DNA of 64,000 bases from an uncultured Chloroflexia bacterium (GTDB taxonomy: Bacteria > Chloroflexota > Anaerolineae > Anaerolineales > UBA4823). Position 1 is the first letter of the stretch. Each line of letters begins with the position of its first letter. The notes under the pieces were generated by a model that had not been told where the DNA came from, did no database searches, and saw only the letters and a list, made by a program, of their open reading frames with translations. A program made the translations under genes and the position numbers. The stretch is taken from contig CAWBGK010000015.1 of the NCBI GenBank assembly GCA_963788305.1, positions 43,037-107,036 of the forward strand, written 5' to 3'. This document shows positions 44,721 to 56,418 of the stretch, in pieces.

Positions 44721-45314
44721 TTATCTTCCTTTCAGGTAAAAATGCCAGAGCAAGCTGGCAGCCACCGCCCGCCACGGCCGCCAGGAGGCACCGGCAGCAT
44801 CCAGCTCTGCAGGTGAAGGGAGATCCGGCAATCGCTTCAGCCTCTGGAAGGCGCATTGGAGGGCAAGGTCGCCGGAAGGCCAGGCGTCCGGGCGTCGAAG
44901 CGCCATCAACAGATATATTTCTGCAGTCCACGGGCCAACTCCTTTGACGTGGAGCAGGGCTTCTCGGACAGCACGATCATCTTCCGATTCTAACCGATCC
45001 AGGTCCAGGCTGCCGTCCAGAATAGCGTGGGAAAGCTCCCGGCAGTAGCGGATCTTCTGCCGGCTGAAGCCGATGGACTTCAGCTCGATATCGTCGAACT
45101 CCAGGAATTTCTGCGGAGTGAGTGGAGAAGCCGCTTCGACCAGGCGGTCGAATGCTGCCCGGGCAGAAGCCAGGGAGACCTGCTGCTCCAGGATGATCCG
45201 CACAAGGGTTGGAAAGCCCGGCTCACGGCACCAGATCGGCGGCGCACCCAGCACTTCCAGGATCTGCCGGAGGTCCAGATCGCGATCTGGATAATTCGGC
45301 CAGGCCTTGCTCAT
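44721..45314 (-). CDS. HhH-GPD DNA glycosylase (3-methyladenine glycosylase II-like)
   Basis: Intact 197-aa track ORF containing ..ILEQQVSLASARAAF.. and ..VKGVGPWTAEIYLLMAL..PDAWPSGDLAL... Confidence 0.75.
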   Translation of the reverse strand: MSKAWPNYPDRDLDLRQILEVLGAPPIWCREPGFPTLVRIILEQQVSLASARAAFDRLVEAASPLTPQKFLEFDDIELKSIGFSRQKIRYCRELSHAILDGSLDLDRLESEDDRAVREALLHVKGVGPWTAEIYLLMALRRPDAWPSGDLALQCAFQRLKRLPDLPSPAELDAAGASWRPWRAVAASLLWHFYLKGR

Positions 45315-45353
45315 ACGCAGCAGGTGTGAGTACCGGCGGAGCGGTCATCGTGG

Positions 45354-45904
45354 TTAAATCGGGTCAGCCAGCGGAGGCATGTTTAAATGGCCTCCCAGGT
45401 CGCCAAGCTCGGGCGCGGAAATCCCCTGAATGCCGAGACAGAGGGCAATTTCACCGCCGTGGTGAAGGTCGTGGGCGATAATCCGCCAGATCGTCCACTG
45501 GCGGGAGACCGCATAGGTCTGGCCCAGATAGCTATGCCGGTATGTGAGTGCCAGGTCGAGCGACGGTCCAGGTGCGCAGCGTCTTATCAATCATCGCCCA
45601 TGACGCCTCCAGCCATCGGACCAGCTCGACGGGATCATTTGCAATGAGCATCCACTGAGGGCAGGGCGGCAGCCTGGATCATTAATTCATTGCTTCCTGG
45701 CGCACCCATATAGTGAAACCAGGTGACCCGGCCTTCGCAGATATGGCTGGCGATCTCCCCAACCGTTCGGAGGCCGGAGGCGGGCTTCCAGGCAAGCTGC
45801 TGAGGGCTGAGAGCCTGGATGGAGCGAACGAGGCTGGCTTGATAGGTGTCCCAGCCTTCGAAGATGGTCAACAGAGAGACGGCCTGGTCTGACATCCGGA
45901 ACAC
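45354..45904 (-). CDS. DinB-family protein (one apparent frameshift)
   Basis: Track ORFs 45635..45904 and 45354..45590, containing ..IIAHDLHHGGEI... Confidence 0.6.
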
Positions 45905-46058
45905 CTCGCTTCATGAATCTCAGGATTTATTTTTGTGGTTTTCTAAGGCATGTAAAGCTGCATGAGGATTTTTATGAATCCGGTTATTCTTCATTTTTCT
46001 TCCACAGAACTACTTTATTGTACAATATCTGCAGCTTACTTTATGTGAGGAAAATCGT

Positions 46059-46743
46059 ATGCGCTTCGAAGAGTTAAACTGGTTCGACGTCGAGAATTAC
46101 CTGAAGAAAGACGACCGGCTGATCCTGGTATTCGGCTCCTGCGAGCAGCATGCCTATCTCAGCCTGACGAGCGATGTCAAAATCCCGCTTGCGCTGGCGG
46201 ATGCGGCCAGCGCCCGAACGGGAGTGCTGGTCGCGCCTCCGTTGAATTTCGGCTGCTCGAGCTATTTCATGGGCTATCCGGGCACGCTCAGCCTGCGGGT
46301 GAGCACGCTTGTCGATGCGGCAGAAGACCTGGTTCGCTCCGCCTACCGCCACGGCTTTCGGCGGATCCTGGTGCTGAACGGTCACGGGGGGAACGATCCA
46401 ATCCGCGGCCGCCTTTATGAGATTGCTACCGAGCTGCCCGACCTCCGTCTGGCATGGTATGCCTGGTGGCTTTCGAGCCAGCGCCGAGCAGGTCGCAAGG
46501 AAGCATGCGCTTAAACCAAGCCATGCCAGCTGGAGTGAAGCCTTTCCTTTCACGCGCGTTTGCGAGCTGCCAGAAGGTGAAAAGACCCCCCCACACGTTC
46601 CTGGACTTCTGGGGGCGGATGAGGCACGCCAGGTCTACGGCGATGGGATGTTCGGCGGCCTCTACCAGGCCGAACTGGCTGTCACGGACGAGCTGTTTGC
46701 AGAGACGCTGGCCGATGTAGAGCGGCTGCTGCGGTTTGAATGA
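46059..46743 (+). CDS. Creatininase-family amidohydrolase (one apparent frameshift)
   Basis: Track ORFs 46059..46514 (..ILVFGSCEQHA..ILVLNGHGGN..) and 46417..46743. Confidence 0.7.
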
Positions 46744-46806
46744 GGCGGTCTCCGAATCAGGCGAACCTTTGATACAATGGGTGCATCCTATCCAATGAGG
46801 TAAAAA

Positions 46807-47197
46807 ATGGCTGGTAAAAAAATCATCGTCGCATCGAAAGCCCCGAAGGCACTGGGTCCATATAATGTCGCCAACCGTTACTGCGAGCTGGTATTCGCTT
46901 CGGGACAGCTCGGGCTGGATCCGGCGACCAACGAGCTGGTATCGGGCGGCGTTGAAGCCGAGACACGTCAGGCTTTGACGAATATTTCGAATGTGTTAGA
47001 AGCTGCGGGGACCTCGCTGAAAAATGTCCTTAAAAACGACGGTCTTTCTGCGCGATATGGGTGATTTTGCCAGGATGAACGCGATCTACGGCGAATTTTT
47101 CAAGGAAGATTTTCCGGCTCGCTCGACCGTTCAGGTTGCTGCCCTGCCCAAGGGCGGTGCAGTTGAGATCGAAGCGATTGCCTGCATGGCCGACTGA
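46807..47197 (+). CDS. ridA: RidA/YjgF-family reactive-intermediate deaminase (one apparent frameshift near 47035)
   Basis: Track ORF 46807..47064 reads ..[19 protein letters not shown]... The corrected tail reads ..[46 protein letters not shown]... Confidence 0.75.
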
Positions 47198-47268
47198 TCC
47201 GGCGGAATCAAATTGGTGCTTCAAGATCTCGCCGGGAAGAAAGACCTGGCGAGCGTCAGCCTATCTAA

Positions 47269-48265
47269 ATGCTTCGCCAAATGACGAACGTTTCTGTGAT
47301 CGTCCCGTGTTATAACGAGCAAACAACGATCCAAAAACTGCTGGCAGCCTTGCTGAGCCAGACCTTCCCGCGCGATCAGATTGAGGTAGTCATCGCCGAG
47401 GGCGGCTCGACGGATGCGACCGTCCAACGGATCACGGAATTTCAGGCTACGCATCCAGACCTGCAGATCCGGTTTGTTGAGAACCCTCAGCGATCTATCC
47501 CTTCCGGACTGAACCGGGCTCTCGAAGCTGCCCGAGGAGATGTGATCATCCGGCTTGACGCGCACTCCGTTCCGGCCGCGAATTATATCCAAACCTGTGT
47601 GTCTGATCTCGAGCAGGGATTGGGCAGATTCGGTGGGGGGAGTTTGGGAAATCCAGCCGCGCGGTCCAGGTTGGCAGGCGCGCTCGATTGCGGCGGCTGC
47701 CTCCAACCGGCTGGCAGTTGGGGACGCTCAGTACCGCTACACGCGAACGGCCCAGCAGGTCGATACGGTCCCATTTGGCGCATTTCAGCGCGCGCTGGTC
47801 GATAAAATTGGACCATTTGATGAAAGCTTGCTGTCCAATGAAGACTATGAATTCAACGTCCGTATTCGCCAGGCCGGTGGGAAGATCTGGCTGAACCCGG
47901 AAATCCGGTCGATCTATTATGCTCGCCAAAATTTCTTTGAGCTGGGACGCCAATATGCCCGCTACGGGTATTGGAAGGCGCGCATGCTGCGCCGCTACCC
48001 GGGTTCGCTGCGCTGGCGCCAGGCGCTGCCTCCGCTGTTCATCCTTTCCTTGCTCCTGGGCGTGTTGATCGCCCCCTGGTGCGCCCTCGCAGGCTGGATA
48101 ATCGTGTTAGAATCCTTCCTCTATGCCCTCCTGCTTCTGGCCTCAGGATTACAGGCAGCCTTGAAGCACCGTGACATCGCGATGATCCCCGGCATCCCCA
48201 TAGCGATTGCGACGATGCATTTTGCCTGGGGCGGCGCTTTTCTTTGGAGCCTTATCTTTCGATGA
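47269..48265 (+). CDS. Family-2 glycosyltransferase (one apparent frameshift)
   Basis: Track ORFs 47269..47805 (VSVIVPCYNE..) and 47555..48265, which has a C-terminal TM region. Confidence 0.7.
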
Positions 48266-49699
48266 ATAACGCTAGGAAAAATATTCGCACTTATCATTGG
48301 CAGCTGCGGGTCAGTGAACGCCGCAGCCTGCTTTTAATTGGCGATCTTGCGGCTGCGATAGCCGCTTTGGGGATTTCTTTATATTTTTGGGGAACAAGCG
48401 AGAAATTCCTGGGTTTCTCGTTGGAGTTTCTGCAGAAGCGCGTCCCGACCTGGTTTTTTTTCCTCCCGCTTATCTGGCTCGTGTTGATGGTCGAGCTGTA
48501 CGATGTCCATCGTGCCGCAGATTGGGGGCAGACGGTGCGCGGTGTGGCAGGCGCTGTCCTGATCGGATTTGTGCTCTATCTGGCTTTATATTTTTATTAT
48601 TTCAACCCTCCCACTTCGCTTCTCCCCAGAAGGGGTGTAGCTTCCTATCTGGTTGCTGTTTTCTTGCTGACGCTTTTCTGGCGGTGGATCTATATCAAGG
48701 TGTTTACCGGCTCGCAGTTCAGGCGCCGGGTCCTGCTGGTAGGAGGCGGAAAAAGCGCAGAAATCCTGCTTAAGGAAATAAACAACCTGCCCAACCCTCC
48801 ATTTACAGTGGCAGGGATCATCGACGATGACCCGGACAAGCTTGGGACTCAGGTCGAAGGGTTTGCAGGTAATCGGCGCAAGCGGGGGGATGCTTGAAAT
48901 GGTCCGTGAGAACCAGATTTCAGATATCATCGTTGCGATCTCCGGCGAGATGCAAGGCGGCATGTTCCAGGCGCTGCTGGATGCCCAGGAGCTGGGGGTG
49001 GAAATCGTGCGCATGCCGACTGCATATGAAGAAGTGATGGGTCGGGTCCCGATCATGATGCTGGAAGCGAACTGGATCCTGCGATCATTCGTTGACGAGC
49101 TGCGAGTGAGCGGTTTTTATTTGCTTGTTAAACGCCTGCTGGATATCCTCGGCGGCCTGGTGGGCAGCATCATCACGCTGGTGTTAATGCCCTTCATTGC
49201 ACTGCTGACGATCATCGACGACGGCCTGCCGGTGTTTTACACCCAGACGCGCTGCGGCCGGGGCGGGCAGCCGTACGAGATCCTGAAATTCCGGACGATG
49301 CGCCGGGATGCTGAAGCGGACGGCACACCGCGCTGGGCTCGCGAAGACGACGACCGGGCTACCCGGGTTGGAAAGGTACTTCGAAAGACGCACATAGATG
49401 AGCTGCCGCAGTTTCTCAACGTCCTGCGCGGAGAGATGAGCCTGGTCGGGCCACGCGCCGAGCGGCCAGAGCTGGTGAAATATTTCCAAAAACATATCCC
49501 ATTTTATCGGGCTCGCCTGCTGGTCAAGCCGGGAATCACGGGTTGGGCGCAGGTCAATTTTGGATATGCTTCAACCATCGATGAGACCATTATCAAGCTT
49601 GAATATGATCTGTATTATATTAAACACCGCAGTTTTATGACAGACATGGTCATCCTTCTCCGGACGCCGTCCACAGTCTTAGGTTTCAGGGGACGCTGA
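48262..49699 (+). CDS. Polyprenyl-phosphate glycosylphosphotransferase (bacterial sugar transferase; one apparent frameshift)
   Basis: ATG at 48262 overlaps the GT2 stop as ATGA. Track ORF 48827..49699 contains ..KRLLDILGGL..KFRTMRRDAE..DELPQFLNVLRGEMSLVGPRAERPE... Confidence 0.8.
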
Positions 49700-49702
49700 G
49701 CG

Positions 49703-51590
49703 ATGAAGTCACGAATCATCCTGCGCGGCAGGGCGCTTTTCGTGATCGATCTGGTGTTGATCGTCATTGCGGCATTGGGCAGCTTTGCGCTGCGGACGGA
49801 TTTAGGCCCGCTTTTTGTCTCCTACCTGCCTCAAGCCTATTGGTTGGTCGCGATCAGCCTGATCATCAAGCCGCTGATCTTCTATGCATATGGGCTTTAC
49901 AGGCGGCTGTGGGTATACGCCAGCATTCAAGAGCTTAAGCTGATCATTGCGGCTGTCTCGACCGCATCCGTCGCAGTATCGCTCGTTGTTGTGATCCTCA
50001 GGGCAGTCGAATTACTGCCTTTTTATCCGCGCAGTACGCTTCCGATCGATTGGCTGCTGACCTTGATCCTGATCGGCGGATTGAGGTTTTCGCTGAGGCT
50101 GATCTCTGATGCGCAGCAGACGCCGGGGGACGGCCGAAAAGCGGCGCCGGAGGGTTCTGATCGTCGGCGCAGGAGATGCAGGCGCGCTGGTGGTGCGCGA
50201 AATGCAGAAAAACCCAGCTTTACGCCTCACCCCAGTCTGCTTCCTGGACGACAACCCAGATAAACAAAAACAGCAAATCCACGGCGTGCCGGTGATCGGA
50301 AAGATCAATGAACTTGCCCGGACGGTTATGGTCCGGCGCATCCAGGAAGTGATCATCGCCATCCCGAGCGCACCGGGTCGGGTCATCCGCCAGGTGGCGG
50401 AAGTATGCCGGGCTCGAAATATCCCCTTCCGCACGATGCCAGGCATCTACGAGCTGATTGGCGGGAAGGTCAACGTCAACCGGCTCCGGGAAGTTGAGAT
50501 CACTGACCTGCTCCGGCGCGAACCCACCCGGATTGACGAGCAGCTGATTGGATCGAGCCTGACGGGACGGCGGGTGATGGTCACCGGCGCAGGAGGCTCG
50601 ATTGGACGAGAGCTTTGCCGCCAGGTTGCCCGCTGGAGTCCAACTTCACTGATCATGCTGGGGCACGGAGAAAACAGCATTGTGGAATCGATGCTGGAAA
50701 TCCAGGAGAATTTTCCTGTGCTGCCTGTTCATCCGGTGATCGCTGACGTGAGAGACCTGGACCGGTTGAGCCTGGTTTTTGATGAGCTGCGCCCTGAGGT
50801 CGTCTTTCACACCGCCGCCCACAAGCACGTCCCACTGATGGAAGTTAATGTAGAGGACGCGGTCACGAACAACGTCCAGGGCACTCGAAACGTCGTCGAA
50901 GTCTCCCTGAATGATGGGGTGGAACGGTTTGTGCTGATTTCGACAGATAAGGCGATCCGGCCTTCCAGCGTATATGGGGCCACGAAACGCCTGGGTGAGA
51001 TGATCGTATTGGATGCGGCGAACCGCTCGGGATTGGCCTTTTCTGTGGTGCGGTTTGGCAATGTCCTCGGCAGCCGGGGCAGCGTTGTGCCAAAATTCAA
51101 ACGTCAGATTGCCAGCGGCGGCCCGGTAACAGTCACTCACCCAGACATGAAGCGATATTTTATGACGATCCCCGAAGCGGTTCATCTGGTCCTGCAGGCT
51201 TCTTCGATGGGCCAGGGAGGCGAAGTCTTCGTCTTGAACATGGGGGAGCAGGTGCGCATCCTTGACCTGGCGGAAGACCTGATCCGGCTTTCTGGCCTGG
51301 ATCCTGGCAAGGACATCGAGATCGAATATACCGGGATCCGGCCGGGAGAAAAATTGAGCGAAGAGCTCTGGGATCAGTGGGCACATTTTGAATCCACCGA
51401 TCACCCGGATATCGTACTGCTGACTGAGGAGCAATTACTGAGCGGGGTTGAGCTGCAGGATACGGTCGATGAGCTGCTCCATCTGGCCCGAGAAGGCGAT
51501 TCTAGCTCGATTGTGAAAATACTGGACGGATGCATCCCGGGTTCGGCTGTGCGGAGCATGCCGATGCCAGATATCACATCCTACATTTGA
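49703..51590 (+). CDS. CapD/PglF/WbpM-type membrane nucleotide-sugar 4,6-dehydratase (one apparent frameshift)
   Basis: Track ORFs 49703..50263 (4 TM segments) and 50109..51590 (..VTGAGGSIGRELCRQV..STDKAIRPSSVYGATK..). Confidence 0.8.
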
Positions 51591-51648
51591 TCAGCAAATC
51601 AGAAAAAGTAGTTGAATCCCAACGACGAGGATCGTTTCGAGGTTTTGG

Positions 51649-52703
51649 ATGAGCGAAGTATCGCCCGATGAATGGGAAGAACACCTCGAAAATATTCCGT
51701 CAGCGCATATCCTGCAGACCCGGCGGTGGGGCGATCTGAAATCCAGCTTTGGTTGGAAAGCCCGCTATGTGATTTGCGAGAGGTCGAAGCCAGAAGCCAG
51801 CCTTGGAGCACAGGTCCTTTTCCGGCGGGCGCGATTTGGTTTCAGCGCGGGCTTATATTGCCAAGGGACCGCCCGGCTTCGATCCGACTTCGCATCCAAT
51901 CAGCCCTGACCTTTGGAATTCGTTCATGGCGGAAATTGACCGACTTTGCCGAAGCGAGCGAGCGGTCTTTCTGAAAATCGAGCCAGATAGTTTGGGAGTC
52001 CTGCTCTGGGTCCTCCCAACATTCAGATTCGGTCCGACTTCAGCCGCCCCCTGACTTTCGACTCAGCTCGCAAACAATCCAACCGCCTCGCACGCTGGTT
52101 GTAGATTTGAAAGGCAGCGAAGACCAGCTGCTGGAGCGAATGAAGCAGAAGACGCGCTACAACATCCGCCTGGCTATTAAAAAAGGGGTGACGGTGCACA
52201 GCAGCGAGGACCTGCAGACTTTTCACCGCTTGATGACAATGACCGGGGAGCGGGACCTCTTTGGCGTTCACAGCCTGGATTACTACCAGCGGGCTTATCA
52301 GCTGTTTCGGCAGAAAGATAACTGCGTCATGCTGCTTGCTGAGCTCGATGGTCTTCCGCTGGCTGGATTAATGGCGTTCCGGCATGGGGAGCGGGCATGG
52401 TATTTTTATGGCGCTTCTTCGAATGAATTTCGTGAGCTGATGCCAGCATACTTACTGCAGTGGGAAGCAATGCGATGGGCGCGCGGCCATGGATGCAGCA
52501 CGTACGATTTATGGGGGGTCCCGGACGAAGAAGAGCAGGTGCTCGAAGATCATTTCCTTACTCGCAGCGGCGATTTGTGGGGTGTTTATCGATTTAAACG
52601 CGGTTTTGGAGGAGAGCTGCGCCGGTCTCCGGGACCGTGGGACAGGGTCTACCGGACGTCGCTTTACGAGCTTTATCTAAGATGGTCACGGCGAACGGGA
52701 TGA
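51649..52703 (+). CDS. FemAB-family aminoacyl-tRNA-dependent peptidyltransferase-like protein, copy 1 (two apparent frameshifts)
   Basis: Track fragments 51649..51909, 51803..52054 and 52107..52703, containing ..AHILQTRRWGDLK.., ..KTRYNIRLAIKKGV.. and ..YDLWGV..GVYRFKRGFGG... Confidence 0.7.
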
Positions 52704-53821
52704 AATTCAGCGTCGAGACCCAGGTTTCGCCCTCAGAATGGAACGCAACGGCCGCCAGGCTGCCTGGCGCGCATGTGCTTCAGACATTCGAGTGGGGTCA
52801 GGTTAAAGCCCGGACTGGCTGGCGGCCGATTTTCTGCACCTGGAGCGAGGACGGTGGTGAGGCCCGAGCAGCAGCGCTTGTTCTGGAACGCAGCGCGGCT
52901 GTGCGAAGCCTGTCTTCAGGATTGCGCCTGCTGTATGTCCCGCGCGGCCCGCTCCTGGAATGGCAGGACGCCAGACTGCGCAGCCAGGTGCTGGATGATC
53001 TCAGGGACCTGACCCACCGGCGCGGGGCGCTGTTTATCAAGATTGACCCGGACGTCTCGCTGGGAACTGGAATCCCCGGCACTGAAGATCAATTAGAGAA
53101 ACCCGTTGGCCTGGACTTGATGAAGATTCTGAAAGAGGGAGGCTGGAGGTTTTCTGAGGAGCAAATCCAGTTCCGCAACACGATGCTGATCGACCTGAAT
53201 CGCTCAGAAGAGCTGCTGCTGGCCGGGATGAAACAGAAGGCGCGCTATAATTTGCGCCTGGCCGAGCGAAAAGGAGTCTCGATCCGCCTTGCTGGGCAGG
53301 ATGATTTTCCAGAGCTTTTCAGAATGTACGCCGAGACCTCGGTGCGCGACGGTTTTATCATCCGGGATGAAGGATACTACCGCACCGCCTGGACGACCAT
53401 GAATGGTTCGGGAATGGCTTTAACGCTGATCGCTGAAGTAGACGGTGAAGCCGTCGCAGGAATGATCGACTATTATTTTGCAGGAAAGGCCTGGTACATG
53501 CACGGGATGTCGCGAGCCGTGCACCGCGAAAAGATGCCTAACTACCTGCTGCAATGGGTAGCCATGCGCCGATTAAAGGCGCTTGGGGTGGAAACTTATG
53601 ATTTATGGGGTGCGCCAGATATTTTTGATGAAAGCGATTCCCTTTGGGGAGTATACCGGTTTAAAGAAAGCCTGGGAGCTACCGTAAACCGCGGATTGGG
53701 GGCCTGGGATTTTCCGAGGTCTTTGGCGCTTTATAGAGTTTACACAAAGATCCTGCCGCGCCTGCTTGAGATCATGCGCCGGAGGGGTGCAGCCAGCACT
53801 CGCAGGACGGCAGGTGTATAG
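52700..53821 (+). CDS. FemAB-family protein, copy 2
   Basis: ATG at 52700 overlaps the copy-1 stop as ATGA. Within track ORF 52637..53821: ..AHVLQTFEWGQVK.., ..KARYNLRLAERKGV.. and ..YDLWGAP..GVYRFKESLGA... Confidence 0.75.
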   Translation: MKFSVETQVSPSEWNATAARLPGAHVLQTFEWGQVKARTGWRPIFCTWSEDGGEARAAALVLERSAAVRSLSSGLRLLYVPRGPLLEWQDARLRSQVLDDLRDLTHRRGALFIKIDPDVSLGTGIPGTEDQLEKPVGLDLMKILKEGGWRFSEEQIQFRNTMLIDLNRSEELLLAGMKQKARYNLRLAERKGVSIRLAGQDDFPELFRMYAETSVRDGFIIRDEGYYRTAWTTMNGSGMALTLIAEVDGEAVAGMIDYYFAGKAWYMHGMSRAVHREKMPNYLLQWVAMRRLKALGVETYDLWGAPDIFDESDSLWGVYRFKESLGATVNRGLGAWDFPRSLALYRVYTKILPRLLEIMRRRGAASTRRTAGV

Positions 53822-53856
53822 GTGAATCCAGTTTCACATGATTAGAAGGGACTGAC

Positions 53857-54846
53857 ATGAAACAAATACCTCGTTTGAATTTTGCCCATCTCCCGACACC
53901 GGTGGAGCCGATGCCCCGGCTTACAGCGCTGCTTGGCGGGCCGAAACTTCTGGTTAAACGGGATGACCAGACCGGGCTGGCGATGGGCGGAAATAAGACC
54001 CGCAAGCTTGAGTTCCTTGTCGCAGAAGCCCAGGCAAATGGCGCCCGGACGCTGATCACTGCCGGAGCGCTGCAGTCCAATCACTGCCGGCAGACGGCTG
54101 CCGCGGCAGCCCGATATGGTTTTGGGTGCATCCTGGTGTTGTATCCAGCGGGCGACCAGGCAGACTCGGCTGATCAGGCGTCACACCGATCGGCCAATCT
54201 GCTGCTCGACGGTTTGCTCGGAGCAGAAATTATCCACACCAGACGCAATCTACGCGACCAGACTTTGAAGGAGGCCTTTCAGACAGCCTGGGATGCCGGC
54301 CGACGGCCTTATATGATCCCATACGGCGGCTCAAACGTCACCGGTGCAGCTTCTTATGTGTACGCAATGGAGGAATTTCTTTCCCAACGACCCACCGCCG
54401 ACTGGATCGTGTTCCCTTCGTCGTCTGGGGGAACACAGGCAGGCCTGGCGCTGGGGGCGCGCTTGTTTGGGTATTCGGGCAGAGTCCTTGGCATCAGCGT
54501 GGATGAGCCAAGGGATGTGCTGAAAGAGCGTGTGGCCAAGCTGGCTACTGAGACGGCGGATTTTCTTGGCGAAAGCCTGAAACTGAACCCGGACGATATC
54601 CCTGTCAACGCCGACTACCTGGGCGGTGGATACGGCGTGATGGGGCCGGCCGAGCGGGAGGCGATCGAATTGTTTGCCCGCCAGGAAGCGCTGCTGCTTG
54701 ACCCGGTTTACACGGGACGCGCCGCGGCAGGACTGATTGACCTCGTCCGAAGGGGCTTTTTCTCAGTTCAAGACAGGGTGCTGTTCTGGCATACCGGTGG
54801 TACGCCGGCGCTGTTCGCAGACGCTTACCGCGAACAGCTGAGCTAG
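53857..54846 (+). CDS. PLP-dependent D-cysteine desulfhydrase / ACC deaminase family protein
   Basis: Intact 329-aa track ORF containing ..KRDDQTGLAMGGNKTRKLEFLVAEA... Confidence 0.75.
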   Translation: MKQIPRLNFAHLPTPVEPMPRLTALLGGPKLLVKRDDQTGLAMGGNKTRKLEFLVAEAQANGARTLITAGALQSNHCRQTAAAAARYGFGCILVLYPAGDQADSADQASHRSANLLLDGLLGAEIIHTRRNLRDQTLKEAFQTAWDAGRRPYMIPYGGSNVTGAASYVYAMEEFLSQRPTADWIVFPSSSGGTQAGLALGARLFGYSGRVLGISVDEPRDVLKERVAKLATETADFLGESLKLNPDDIPVNADYLGGGYGVMGPAEREAIELFARQEALLLDPVYTGRAAAGLIDLVRRGFFSVQDRVLFWHTGGTPALFADAYREQLS

Positions 54847-54850
54847 CAGA

Positions 54851-56418
54851 TTACCGTAAGCCAAGCACTTCTAACACGACGACCGGCTCGCGCTTGCCTT
54901 TGGCTATGATGGACTCAACCGGCCTGGCGTCGATCTGATCGGCTACCAGCCTGTAAGCGAACTCACTGATCAGGATCTGGCCGCCTTTCGAATTCTCCTG
55001 GATGCGCTTGGCGGTATTGACGCTGTCGCCGATCGCAGTATACTCAAGCCTTTTTTCGGTCCCGACCAGACCTAAAACCGCGTCGCCAAAGTGGATTCCA
55101 ACCCCAAAGGAAAGCCGCTGTTCCGGCTGCAGCTCCTGGCTCAGGCGCTCGATCCTGGAGCGCAGGTCCAGCGCGGCATGAACAGCCCGGAGGGTATGAT
55201 CCGGCTGGGGGATTGGAGCGTTGAACCAGGCCATGACCGCATCACCTAAGAACTTATCGATCGTGCCTTCCTGGGCCAGGATGGCATCTGCGGCGGCAGC
55301 CAGGTAGCGGTTAAGAATTGAAACCAGCTCTTCAGGAGTTACCTGCTCGCTGAAATGGGTAAATCCGCGGATATCTGCGAACAGCGCTGTGATCTGAGAA
55401 CGGGTGCCGCCGAGCTGGAGCTGATCCGGGTTTAGCTGGCGGATCACAGCGGGTGAAACCATCCGCTCGAACAGCCGTCTCTGTGCTTCCAGACGTTTTT
55501 TCTCAGTCAGGTCGTCGAGCACGATTGCGACACCCTGGGTTGTATGCGAGGCATCTTTAAGGGGGAAAGGTTGATGCTGAGCGACATGTCTCCCCGTGAA
55601 GGCGAGCAAATGTTCAGCTCGCGTCCGACGACGATCTCGTCCGTCAGCTGAACAGCGTCAATCTCAGTAAATAGGTCCTGGGTCAAGTTGTCGCAAGAAG
55701 TTGGAAGGAGGACATCTTCCAGGTTATGCCCGACAGCGACGGAGGAGTTCAAGCTCTCCTAAGATCGTCTTTGCCGCCCGGTTGCAGAGCGAAATTTTAT
55801 GGTTGGTGTCCGTGGTGATCACTCCGCTGGCAATTGAAGCGAAGACATTATCCATCAGGTTTTAAGCTCAGTCACCTCCGCCAGAGTGCGGCGGACGGAC
55901 TCGAACAACCGGGCATTCTCCAATGCGACCGCAGCATGGTTGGCAAAGGTCGTGAGCAGATCGCGCTCCGGGTCGGAGAAGATACCCGTGCGGATGCGGT
56001 TATCCACATAGATAACACCGGTCAGCTCGCCTTTCACTTTCAGCGGGACGCAAAGGATGGAGCGCAGATTAAACATGATGATGCTTTGGTGACCGTCAAA
56101 GCGAGGGTCTTCCTGGGCATTCGTCGTTAACACCGGCTGACCATCGCTGACCACTCGATCAATGATCGTCCGGCTGATCGCAAACTCGGAAGGATCGAGA
56201 GAGTTCTGCTCCCAGTTCCGGGCGATCGGTGTGATAAATTCGCCGTCTTCGCCGCGAAGCATTAAGAATCCGCGTTCTGCTTGCATCAAGCGGATGATGT
56301 TATCCATCACGATGCGCAGGACTTCATCCAGGTCGAGGGTGGAGTTGATCGCCTGGATCACATCATTCAACGCTGATTGTCTCTCAGTTGTTAACATCTC
56401 TGCTACACCTTTGTTCAA
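54851..56418 (-). CDS. GAF-PAS-adenylate/guanylate cyclase (class III) protein, apparent frameshifts
   Basis: Track ORFs 55855..56418 (GAF) and 54851..55609 (cyclase domain: ..ITALFADIRGFTHFSE..GDAVMAWF..). A PAS-like stretch, LMDNVFASIASGVITTDTNHKISLCNRAAKTILG, lies in a shifted frame between them. Confidence 0.7.
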
